This document shows, piece after piece, positions 18,696 to 27,246 of a DNA stretch of 39,292 nt. Source of the stretch: Candidatus Altiarchaeota archaeon (GTDB lineage: Archaea > Altiarchaeota > Altiarchaeia > IMC4 > SCGC-AAA252-I15). Under the pieces are notes generated by a model. The model searched no databases. It worked only from the letters and a program-made list of their open reading frames with translations, and had not been told where the DNA came from. Within the stretch, counting starts at the first letter, position 1. Every line of letters begins with the position of its first letter. The DNA lies in the NCBI GenBank assembly GCA_043804895.1, contig JAZDIN010000068.1, positions 1 to 39,292 of the forward strand, written 5' to 3'. A program made the translations under genes and the position numbers.

Positions 18696-19922
18696 TCATC
18701 CGAGTATCTTCTTCGCTTCGTCCACGCTTATCCTGCCTGCTTGCACCATCTTCTCTGCCACTTCGTCAATCCTCCCTCCTTCTGCGCCGGCTGTGACTGC
18801 GATGTTTCTGGCGTGGAGTCTCATGTGGCCTTTCTGTATCCCCTCGGCTGATAGGGCGCGGAGTGCCGCGAGGTTCTGGGCGAGGCCTACTGCTGCGAGC
18901 GCCTCCCCGAGTTCCCTTGCCGACTTTACGCCGAGTATCTTCACTGCTGCCTTCGCTGTTGGGTGGGTTTTGGTTGCGCCGCCGATGAGGCCGACTGCTA
19001 CTGGGATTTCTATCTCGCCTACTAGGTCGCCGTTCTTATTCTTCTTCCAGGTGGTGAGAGGGCCGTACTTCCCTTTCTTGGATGCGAAGCTGTGGCATCC
19101 AGCCTCCACTGCGCGTGTGTCGTTGCCAGTTGCGAGGACGACTGCTGTGACGCCGTTCATCACGCCCTTGTTGTGGGTGACTGCGCGGTAGACGTCGTTT
19201 GCTGCGAGCTTGTAGGCCCATATTATCCTGTCCACGACTTCCTCTCCGCCTATGACCTCTTTAGGCACTACGCAGCTTGCCTTAGCAGTCCGTTCGACCG
19301 CGTAGTTTGACAGTATCCTCAGTATGGCCTGCCCTCCTGTGAGGCCCTCTATTTTCGTGGCGAGTGCCTCGCACATGGTGTTGACTGCGTTTGCTCCCAT
19401 CGCGTCCGCTACGTTTACGTGTATGTGCGCGACTAGCATGTCCTTGACTTTGCGCACCTTAAGGTCGACGACTCCGCCGCCGAATTTCACAAGTGTCGGG
19501 TCAAGGGAGTTCGCATATTCTATCAGTCTCTTCTTCTGAGAGAGAATCTTCGCTGCCGCGCCCTTCTTCGCCTTCACCACTTGAATCTGCCCCACCATTA
19601 TCGGCGCCGAGCTTGAGGCCTTGAAGCCTCCCCCTTCCCGGGCCATCTTCGCCGCGTTGCTTGCGGCCGCTATTACCGAAGGCTCCTCGGTTGCCATGGG
19701 GATGAGATAATCTCTCCCGTTAATCTGGAAGTTGACTGCAACACCTAAGGGGATGCTGAATCTGCCGATGACGTTCTCAGACATCCTGTCAGCCTGCTCT
19801 AGGGTGAGGCCACCCCCTGAGACTGCGCTAGTCTCCTCCTCTGTGAGGCTGCACTCTTGCTTAATCTTCCCGAGGCGCTCCGGCAGCGGCAGCTTATAGA
19901 ATCCAGGCATCCTTGAGTCCAT
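18696..19922 (-). CDS. mvaA: Class II (bacterial-type) HMG-CoA reductase
   Basis: ENVIG, PMATEEPSV, DAMGAN, THNKG, GNDTRA, EGIQKGHMRLH; N-terminus MDSRMPGF resembles Pseudomonas MvaA. Confidence 0.95.
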   Translation of the reverse strand: MDSRMPGFYKLPLPERLGKIKQECSLTEEETSAVSGGGLTLEQADRMSENVIGRFSIPLGVAVNFQINGRDYLIPMATEEPSVIAAASNAAKMAREGGGFKASSSAPIMVGQIQVVKAKKGAAAKILSQKKRLIEYANSLDPTLVKFGGGVVDLKVRKVKDMLVAHIHVNVADAMGANAVNTMCEALATKIEGLTGGQAILRILSNYAVERTAKASCVVPKEVIGGEEVVDRIIWAYKLAANDVYRAVTHNKGVMNGVTAVVLATGNDTRAVEAGCHSFASKKGKYGPLTTWKKNKNGDLVGEIEIPVAVGLIGGATKTHPTAKAAVKILGVKSARELGEALAAVGLAQNLAALRALSAEGIQKGHMRLHARNIAVTAGAEGGRIDEVAEKMVQAGRISVDEAKKILG

Positions 19923-19951
19923 ATCCCTTAAATATTCCGCCCAGTTAATAT

Positions 19952-20716
19952 ATGCTGATGTCCTCTGACCGGCTTAGGGGGTTCTTCAAGGGCAGGCGCA
20001 GCGTACTGGTCGCCTACTCCGGCGGAGTAGACTCAAGCGTGGTGGCTAAGGCCGCATACGACGCTCTTGGAAGAAACGCCCTTGCTGTGACCTTCGACAC
20101 CCCGACTATACCACGACGCGAACTGAAGGAGGCGAAGGAGACAACCCAGCGGATGGGGATAAAACATATAATCGTCAGATACAACGAGCTTGATGATGAG
20201 GACTTCAGGCGTAACCCGCCTGACCGCTGTTACTACTGTAAGAGGAGCATGTCGGCAAAGCTGAAGGAGATAGCGAAAGAGCATGGCATCGACTTGATAG
20301 TTGATGGCACAAACGTTGAGGACCTTAAAGGACACCGCCCAGGCTACAGGGCCCTGACAGAAGCTAGGATATCAAGCCCCTTAGCCGAATTGGGGTTCAC
20401 GAAAAAGATGGTGCGAACCCTTGCGAGAAGATATGGCCTAGACTATGAGAAGCCATCAGCAGCTTGCCTGTCCTCTAGGATTCCGAGGGGGGAGAGGATA
20501 ACAAGAAGCCGGCTGATGAGGGTTGAGGCTGCTGAAGACTATCTGAAATCCCTAGGCTTGTCTCAGGTGAGGGTGAGGCTTGAAGGCCCACGATGCGAGA
20601 ATGCAAGGATAGAGGTCTTCAGGAGGGAGTTTCCAACAGTCCTAAAAAACGCGGAAAGGATTGTGAAAAGACTAAAGTTCAGCAGGGTAACGCTTGACCT
20701 TTCCGGCTACTCGTAG
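19952..20716 (+). CDS. larE: LarE-family PP-loop sulfur transferase
   Basis: AYSGGVDS, NPPDRCYYCK, DGTN-x2-D-x3-RPG, SPL, KPSAACLSSR, VRVR. Confidence 0.88.
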   Translation: MLMSSDRLRGFFKGRRSVLVAYSGGVDSSVVAKAAYDALGRNALAVTFDTPTIPRRELKEAKETTQRMGIKHIIVRYNELDDEDFRRNPPDRCYYCKRSMSAKLKEIAKEHGIDLIVDGTNVEDLKGHRPGYRALTEARISSPLAELGFTKKMVRTLARRYGLDYEKPSAACLSSRIPRGERITRSRLMRVEAAEDYLKSLGLSQVRVRLEGPRCENARIEVFRREFPTVLKNAERIVKRLKFSRVTLDLSGYS

Positions 20717-21066
20717 ACCGGCTCGTAGGCTTCGTAGTCGTCTATCCCGTAGTCGTCTCCGCGGTAGTCAGGCAACTCGACCTGCTGGTTCGTGGATGGA
20801 ATCCCCTTCTTCTTCCCGTATGTGCACTTGCCATTAAGGTAGAAGTCGCAGTAGTCGCAGCAGATGCCTTTATCCTCACAGTATTCGAAGTCAGGGCAGT
20901 GTTGGCAGCACTTAATCTTCTTCCCCGAAACCTTCAGGATGCGTTTGCCCTTGGTAGCGGCCTTCACAGGCTTCCGGGAGGCAGGAACCTTCCTTGCGTT
21001 CGGCTTTTTTGCCACAACCTTTTTCTGGGATTTTCGGCCCCCCTTACCCTTTTTTTTGTTTACCAT
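20707..21066 (-). CDS. Small hypothetical protein: Lys-rich N-terminus, Cys cluster, acidic Tyr-rich tail
   Basis: 119-aa ORF with coherent composition; CC-x2-C-x5-C-x5-CC-x2-C-x7-C. Confidence 0.7.
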   Translation of the reverse strand: MVNKKKGKGGRKSQKKVVAKKPNARKVPASRKPVKAATKGKRILKVSGKKIKCCQHCPDFEYCEDKGICCDYCDFYLNGKCTYGKKKGIPSTNQQVELPDYRGDDYGIDDYEAYEPVYE

Positions 21067-21141
21067 CTCAGACCCTGTTATAAAACGCTTTAAACTTACG
21101 TTGTTCGCCTATAAAAATGAGAGTGCGCCATAGTCTATTCT

Positions 21142-21549
21142 ATGCTGGAGAATCTGTTTTTAGGTGTGTGTGCGCTCGCTGTTTTTGTGGCAGCAATCAA
21201 CATACCGCAGGCTCTCAGGAGTATGAGGCTTTATGTCAGGAGGGACAAATTCCGCTGTAGGATGTGTGGGACATGTTGCAGGTTCAGTGTGATACCGTTG
21301 ACGCCGGAGGATGTGAAACGTCTTGAGGTTGGAGGGTACAAGGACTTCAGTGAGAAAAGGAATGGCGAACTGGCTCTGAAGAGGTTGAACGGCAGGTGCC
21401 TGTTCGTGAAAGACGACAAATGCACAGTCTACGAGCACAGACCTCAAGTCTGCCGGGAGTTCCCGTTCTTCAAATTGTATGGCATAGGTTATGCTGAGAA
21501 GGCCAGCTTCTGCCCCGGAATGGAGGCCCTCAAGAATGGACGCGATTGA
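21142..21549 (+). CDS. YkgJ/FliB-like CxxCxxCC cysteine-cluster protein with N-terminal TM helix
   Basis: FRCRMCGTCC, CLFV, CTVYEHRPQVCREFPF, CPG. Confidence 0.85.
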   Translation: MLENLFLGVCALAVFVAAINIPQALRSMRLYVRRDKFRCRMCGTCCRFSVIPLTPEDVKRLEVGGYKDFSEKRNGELALKRLNGRCLFVKDDKCTVYEHRPQVCREFPFFKLYGIGYAEKASFCPGMEALKNGRD

Positions 21550-22303
21550 GAAGTACGTGAAGGACATCGAGTGGATTAAGAAGAAGCTAGAGTCCATGGA
21601 CGACATTGCGAATCCTATCATGGGAATCCGCGACTGGGATGACGCGGCCTGCATCGAATTCAAAGGCCGACTACTCGCATCAACAGACGGCCCATACACT
21701 AAGAGGCTGGTAATGAAGAGCGCCCTCATACACGCCGCAACCGACGTCGTCGTAAAAGGCGGAAGGCCGTTGTTCGCCCTCGACTCCATCATCGGCCCCA
21801 GAGCGGACGTCGAAGAGATGGTAGACTCTCTGAAGACCCAGGCCGAGCTTATGAGGATTCCGATACTCGGCGGCAACACACTCTTCGAGGAGGTGGAGCC
21901 GCGATGTAGTATCACAGTAGTCGGGGAGCTGCTGACGAAAGAACCCATCCGAGACTGCGGAGCGCAGAAAGGAGATGTCATAGCACTAGTCGGGGAGCCA
22001 TTGTGGGGCGAACAGACCGAGAGACTTGAGAAAGCTAATGTACTGTTTGAAACATGGTTCGAAGCCCTTGGGAAAGTCAAGTTCAACTCAGCCAAGGACG
22101 TCACCAAAGGAGGGTTAGTATCGGTCGTCTACGAAATGGAGGCCAAAAGCGGCAGAAAATTCCAGCTGACGGACGTGCCGTATCCGATGGCCCGCAACCT
22201 CGACAACTTCATCGTCACCCTAAGCGAATTAGAATACATCAACCTAGAGAAGACTTGCATGAAACACAAATGCAAAATGACGAGGATAGGGGTAGTAGAG
22301 TAA
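21536..22303 (+). CDS. AIR-synthase (PurM/ThiL/HypE/SelD fold)-related protein
   Basis: DDAA, ASTDG, DVVVKGGRP, ILGGNT, GDVI, AKDVTKGGL. Confidence 0.8.
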   Translation: MDAIEKYVKDIEWIKKKLESMDDIANPIMGIRDWDDAACIEFKGRLLASTDGPYTKRLVMKSALIHAATDVVVKGGRPLFALDSIIGPRADVEEMVDSLKTQAELMRIPILGGNTLFEEVEPRCSITVVGELLTKEPIRDCGAQKGDVIALVGEPLWGEQTERLEKANVLFETWFEALGKVKFNSAKDVTKGGLVSVVYEMEAKSGRKFQLTDVPYPMARNLDNFIVTLSELEYINLEKTCMKHKCKMTRIGVVE

Positions 22304-22321
22304 CAATTTTTATTTCACGTA

Positions 22322-22672
22322 TTAGACGTTGTCCAGGCCTTTGAATTCCTTGTCGCCTGTGAGGAACTTTATCCCGTTCTTGAGGGCTGTGACGTATCCT
22401 ATCGTGTCTGCCATGGAAAGGTCGGTTTTCAATCTCTTAAGTTGGGCTGCCATTCTTATGATTTCAGAGTCGAATGGGACAGAATACCCCCCATAGTCCC
22501 TTAAGAACGTGTCGGCCTTTTCTTCGCTCAACTTCAGGAGGCTGTAGTAGACTTCGTAGAGGTTCAGCTTAGTTGTTATTATCCTGGACTCTACGTATCT
22601 CTTGTATCCTTCGCTACCCTTCAGTACCTCTATTATTGCGTATGAGTCGAAAAAGTACGCTTCATCAGTCAT
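22322..22672 (-). CDS. vapC: VapC-type PIN toxin
   Basis: FFDSYAIIE, NLYEVYY, LSMADTIGY, LTGDKEF. Confidence 0.88.
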   Translation of the reverse strand: MTDEAYFFDSYAIIEVLKGSEGYKRYVESRIITTKLNLYEVYYSLLKLSEEKADTFLRDYGGYSVPFDSEIIRMAAQLKRLKTDLSMADTIGYVTALKNGIKFLTGDKEFKGLDNV

Positions 22673-22901
22673 ACAACTCCTTCCTCAACTCATCCTTTAT
22701 GTCCTGTGTGGGCCGGGTGAAGGCACCCTTGCACGAGCCGAAACTCTTCCGTAGGTTGGTGTTGTCCTTTAGGAAAAGTATGTCTATGCTCTTTCCATCC
22801 TCTAACCCCTCTCTCTTGGCCACCTCTTTGGGTATCCTTATGCCGAGGGTATTTCCCCACTTGTGCACGGTCACCTGGAGGGGTTTCATCATTTCATTCA
22901 C
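22665..22901 (-). CDS. AbrB/MazE-type antitoxin (VapB)
   Basis: KWGNTLGIRIPKEV-x4-GLEDG; overlaps both vapC and the tgtA stop codon. Confidence 0.88.
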   Translation of the reverse strand: MNEMMKPLQVTVHKWGNTLGIRIPKEVAKREGLEDGKSIDILFLKDNTNLRKSFGSCKGAFTRPTQDIKDELRKELYD

Positions 22902-24610
22902 CGGATTCGTGCCGCCATTCCCCTCTTGTAGTCTTTTATTTCGCGGGGGCTTAGCATTAGGGTTCCGACTTTCAGGAGGTTATCATTTTTGTCTACTATG
23001 AGGCACTCGTCGCCGCATCGGAGGTCCGGGTCCACGTCTTCGACGAACTTGCACATCGCACTCTTCCCGTCCCGCACGCACTGGAGGGCCTCCTCGTCGT
23101 CTTTCATGATTACCCTCAGCTTCGGTGTGGGGAACTTTTCCTTCAATTTCGCAGCGAGCTTATCGTGGGGGAGTATCATGTGGTCTGAGGCACGGACTGA
23201 GGCTATCATCTCCCTGCCCTCGTAAAGCCACCTTATCCTCCTCGTGTTCCTGGATTTTTTCACAACAAGGTTGTCTGGCAGGAGTTCGCCGGCGCCTTTC
23301 CCGAACTGGTATTCCATGATGGCCCTCAGCTTGTATATGTCCCTAACCTTCGGCTTCGGCTCGTCGTTGACAGCCCAGACTCCGTTGAAGGGGTAGATGT
23401 CCAGGAGTTCCTCGTGGACGAGCCCGAATGGTGGAAGCTCTACTGTGTTGTCTGTCGTGAGATTGCCCATCCTCTTTTTCGCGTTCAGGACTTCGCTTCT
23501 TCTTTCAGACTCCTGCCCAGTGTAGTAGAATGCGCTGTCCTTCGTTACCGGGTCTACTTCGGCAATCCATTCCGTGTGTTCCATCAGCGCTGTGAGGCCT
23601 TCCATCATCTTCGGGTGGGCTCTGGATTGTAACAGAACCAGCTCCCAGAGTCGACCGTCTATTATCGCCTGCTTCACCTTGTCGAGCATAGCGTAGGATA
23701 CATGGAGATTGTGTCTTGCGATTGCCTTCACCTTATCGTCACCGTACAACCTCTTCAACCCGAGTCCGTGTTCGGCGCAGATGGGGCATCTGCAGGAGAC
23801 GTACTCGAGCTCGTCGACTCTCACGGTCCCATAGTCTGTCATGTACCTTCCATCCATTGCGTAGAGGATGTACGCTGCTGAGTCGAAGAGGTCGCAGCCC
23901 AAAAGGGCAGCCAGTGGGAATACCATGGGGTGGCCGAGGCCGAATGCGTGGACGACCCTGTCCAAGGGCATGTTCTCTTTCACCGCTGCTATGACGTTCA
24001 CGAGCTCGCTGAACCTGTAGGATTCCATGAGTGGGACGATTCCCCCGATGGCTGCGAGGCTGAATTCCTTGCCAATCTCACGGGCAGCTTCAGCCCGGAG
24101 GTCAGTGTATTTGCCGCCCTGGACTGCGGCGTTGACTAGGAACTTGGCGTCCTTAGCTTCTTTTGCTCGCTCAAGTGTAACCCCCAACTGCTCCTTCGCC
24201 CTCGGCTTGTAGGTGTCAGGGAGGGTGGGTATGTCAAGGAATGAGCCGATGTCTGAGCCGATGTCCTCCTGGAATTTTATGATGTCCTTGTTCGTCGTCT
24301 CCACCGCCCCGTAGAGCATCAGCTGGTAGCTTCCAGAATCCGTGGCCACGACCCCATCGAATCCGAGGAACTTGTGGAGACCATGCGAGAGGACCTGGGA
24401 GCGAAGCTCCTGATTCTTCAGGAGCATATACGAGTTCACCATCACAGCCTGGGCTTTGTAGACGTCCACGAGCTCTTTCACTGGTATGATGTCTCTAGTC
24501 GGATTGTATACTGGCATCAGCATCGGAGTCTCGACTAATCTGCCGCCGATATCCAGCCTACCAATCCTTCCTGCCGCGTCCTTGCGCCTGACGTCGAATT
24601 TGAAATCCAT
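22898..24610 (-). CDS. tgtA: Archaeosine tRNA-guanine(15) transglycosylase with PUA domain
   Basis: DAAGRIG, ETP-x2-MPV, TDSGSYQL, VQGG, HAFGLGHP, GCDLFDSAAY, Zn site CRCPIC...HN, C-terminal PUA domain. Confidence 0.95.
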   Translation of the reverse strand: MDFKFDVRRKDAAGRIGRLDIGGRLVETPMLMPVYNPTRDIIPVKELVDVYKAQAVMVNSYMLLKNQELRSQVLSHGLHKFLGFDGVVATDSGSYQLMLYGAVETTNKDIIKFQEDIGSDIGSFLDIPTLPDTYKPRAKEQLGVTLERAKEAKDAKFLVNAAVQGGKYTDLRAEAAREIGKEFSLAAIGGIVPLMESYRFSELVNVIAAVKENMPLDRVVHAFGLGHPMVFPLAALLGCDLFDSAAYILYAMDGRYMTDYGTVRVDELEYVSCRCPICAEHGLGLKRLYGDDKVKAIARHNLHVSYAMLDKVKQAIIDGRLWELVLLQSRAHPKMMEGLTALMEHTEWIAEVDPVTKDSAFYYTGQESERRSEVLNAKKRMGNLTTDNTVELPPFGLVHEELLDIYPFNGVWAVNDEPKPKVRDIYKLRAIMEYQFGKGAGELLPDNLVVKKSRNTRRIRWLYEGREMIASVRASDHMILPHDKLAAKLKEKFPTPKLRVIMKDDEEALQCVRDGKSAMCKFVEDVDPDLRCGDECLIVDKNDNLLKVGTLMLSPREIKDYKRGMAARIR

Positions 24611-24674
24611 ATTTAAACGCACAACCAAAGTGTATTACTAGAGCGCGGTCTTTAATAACCAGGAGGTGGCGGCG

Positions 24675-25220
24675 ATGAAGGATATCGAGGAGATAACGGT
24701 CGGGGACGCGATGACCCGCGGCGTAATCTGCGTGGACGCGAAAGACACTGTCCAGGAGGCTGCGGAGGTCATGAAGAAGAACGACATAAGCGCTGTCATA
24801 GTAACGAAGAAGGGGGATGGCGTCGGCATAATCACTGAACGCGACATCATCTGCAAGATTGTCGCAGTGAACAAGAACCCGAAGAAGGTCCGCATCGGCG
24901 ATGTGATGACGTCGCCGCTGGTGACTGTGAAGCCATCCGCTTCAATAGACGACGCTGCCAGGGCGATGCGCAACAAGGACATACGCAGGCTAGTAGTCTC
25001 AGACAAGGGCCGGATTATCGGAGTCCTAAGCGAATTCGACATCGTGAAACTTGAACCAGCACTGCACCTGCTCATCAGGGAGCAGAGCAGGTGGGACATA
25101 AGCGAAGCCCACGCCGCAACGGAAGGGTACGTCACAGGCGTGTGCGAGAACTGCGACAACTACTCTGACAAGCTCGCAATCTACGAGGGGAAACTCCTCT
25201 GCGACGAATGCATGCCATGA
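24675..25220 (+). CDS. CBS-pair protein with C-terminal zinc ribbon
   Basis: Two CBS motifs (GIITERDI, GVLSEFDI); CENC...LCDEC; GGAGGTG SD before ATG 24675. Confidence 0.88.
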   Translation: MKDIEEITVGDAMTRGVICVDAKDTVQEAAEVMKKNDISAVIVTKKGDGVGIITERDIICKIVAVNKNPKKVRIGDVMTSPLVTVKPSASIDDAARAMRNKDIRRLVVSDKGRIIGVLSEFDIVKLEPALHLLIREQSRWDISEAHAATEGYVTGVCENCDNYSDKLAIYEGKLLCDECMP

Positions 25221-25274
25221 TATTTTTCCTCGGCTCTCTCTCCTTTTATCAGACCAGCCACCCAATAAGCTAGG

Positions 25275-27233
25275 GTGAAGTATTTCCCGCACCCCACAGT
25301 CAGAAGCGGCCAGGACGAGTTCATCCGAGACTGCGAAAGAACGCTACGCAACGGCGGAATACTCGCAGCCCACGCCCCAGCAGGCATAGGAAAGACCGCT
25401 GCGGTGCTGTCGGCCTCAGTGGAGCATGCGCTGGAAAAGAACAAGACCATCTTCTTCCTCACGCCGAAGCACACCCAACACACCATCGTCGTTGACACCA
25501 TCAGGAGGATGAAGGAGAGACACAACCTCAACGTCCGCCTCGTGGACATAATAGGCAAACAGTGGATGTGCCCCCACAAGGTGAGGGACTTAAGCTCAAG
25601 GGAGTTCAACGAATTCTGCCGAGCCCAGAAGAAGGACGAACTGTGCGAATACTACAACAACACCCGCAAGAACAAGATAACCAAGAAAGGCCAGGCCACG
25701 GTGACTAAGATACTGTCGGAGCCGATGCACAACGAGGAGGCTATAGAAGTCTGCGGCAAAGACAGGCTCTGCCCGTATGAGGTCCTCCTTGAGGCAGGCA
25801 GGAAAGCGGACGTGATAGTCTGCGATTACTTCCACATATTCAGCAACTCAGTGAGGAAGGCATTCCTTGCTAAACTCGGCAAAACCCTTGAGGACTCCAT
25901 ACTCATAGTCGACGAAGCCCACAACCTCCCTGACAGGATTAGGAGCATCATGTCCCACAAGCTCAGCACATACTCACTGGAGAGGGCGTCGAAGGAGGCG
26001 AAGACACTCAACTTCAGGCAGCTCTCAGAGGATTATATGACGCTCTCGAGGGTGTTGAAGGGGCTGGCTCGTAAGATAAGGCCGTACGAGGAGCGGTACG
26101 TGGAGAGGAGGGAGCTGATGGATGAGATGTTGAAGTCCGTCAAGGTCGACTACGATGAGTTCACAGCTGACGTGGAGGCCCTCGGGTTGGAGGTGCTTAA
26201 GATTCCGGGCAGGTACCGTTCGCATTCCACGAACATCGCAAGGTTCCTTGAGAAGTGGAAGGACCCTGACCTCGGTTTCACGAGGATTATGCAGAAGGAC
26301 GATAAGAGCGTGACAGTCTCCCACAGGTGCCTTGACCCGTCCCTCTCAAGCGCTGAAGTCTTCAACGGAGCATACTCTTCCATACTCATGAGCGGCACGC
26401 TCACGCCGCTGCCAATGTACTCCAACATACTCGGCCTCAACTCTGAGAGGGTTATGGAGCGAGCATACAGGTCTCCGTTTCCGAAGGAAAACCGGCTAAC
26501 CCTACTCGTCCCAGGGCTGACGACAAAATACGCCTCAAGAAGCGAGTTCATGTACGACAAATATGCGCGAACAATAACCTTGCTCCTTGCGCAAATCCCA
26601 GGAAACGCAGCCGTATTCTACCCATCATACCAGCTCCTTAAGGTGATAGGCAGCCGAGTCAAGACTGGGAAGGAGATAGTAGCCGAGAACCAGGATATGG
26701 GCAAAGACGACAGGAGGAGGCTGTTCGACAAGCTCACGCAGCTTACAGGCGGAGGAGTCCTGATGGCAGTCCAGGCGGGCAGCTTCAGCGAAGGCCTAGA
26801 CTTCCCAGACAACCTACTCGATGCCGTCATAATAGTCGGCCTACCCCTGGAGAAACCGAACCTAGAGACCCAAGCCCTCATAGACTACTACGACTTCAAG
26901 TTCGAGCGCGGCTGGGACTACGGCTACATCTACCCAGCCACCAACAGGGCATTGCAGGCAGCGGGCAGGTGCATCAGAAGCGAAACCGACAGGGGAGCTA
27001 TAGTATTACTGGATGATAGGTTCAAATGGGCGAACTACCGGAAATGCTTCCCAACGGACTTTGAGTTCATAGTAACAGAGACGCCGGAAAAGTACCTGAA
27101 GAGGTTCTTTGGAGTAGAGGAGAGGCTAATCCTCGCGGATAGGCTTGTCGCAGGCAGCAAGCTGAAGGAAGCAGACGTAGACGGACTAGACCATAAGATC
27201 AAGGCTGAGATAGCCAGACATTACTCTAAGTGA
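25275..27233 (+). CDS. xpd: XPD/Rad3 Fe-S DNA helicase
   Basis: Q motif RSGQ, Walker A APAGIGKT, Fe-S Cys (MCP, FC, LC, LCPYE), DEAHN, SGTL, SEGLDF, QAAGRCIR. Confidence 0.93.
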   Translation: MKYFPHPTVRSGQDEFIRDCERTLRNGGILAAHAPAGIGKTAAVLSASVEHALEKNKTIFFLTPKHTQHTIVVDTIRRMKERHNLNVRLVDIIGKQWMCPHKVRDLSSREFNEFCRAQKKDELCEYYNNTRKNKITKKGQATVTKILSEPMHNEEAIEVCGKDRLCPYEVLLEAGRKADVIVCDYFHIFSNSVRKAFLAKLGKTLEDSILIVDEAHNLPDRIRSIMSHKLSTYSLERASKEAKTLNFRQLSEDYMTLSRVLKGLARKIRPYEERYVERRELMDEMLKSVKVDYDEFTADVEALGLEVLKIPGRYRSHSTNIARFLEKWKDPDLGFTRIMQKDDKSVTVSHRCLDPSLSSAEVFNGAYSSILMSGTLTPLPMYSNILGLNSERVMERAYRSPFPKENRLTLLVPGLTTKYASRSEFMYDKYARTITLLLAQIPGNAAVFYPSYQLLKVIGSRVKTGKEIVAENQDMGKDDRRRLFDKLTQLTGGGVLMAVQAGSFSEGLDFPDNLLDAVIIVGLPLEKPNLETQALIDYYDFKFERGWDYGYIYPATNRALQAAGRCIRSETDRGAIVLLDDRFKWANYRKCFPTDFEFIVTETPEKYLKRFFGVEERLILADRLVAGSKLKEADVDGLDHKIKAEIARHYSK

Positions 27234-27246
27234 ATCGCCTGGCGTC

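Noticed and set aside
21160..22107. 315-aa minus-strand ORF, and many similar Ser-rich antisense ORFs over smc, polB, xpd and others
   Set aside because: These are shadows of well-supported opposite-strand genes caused by codon bias.
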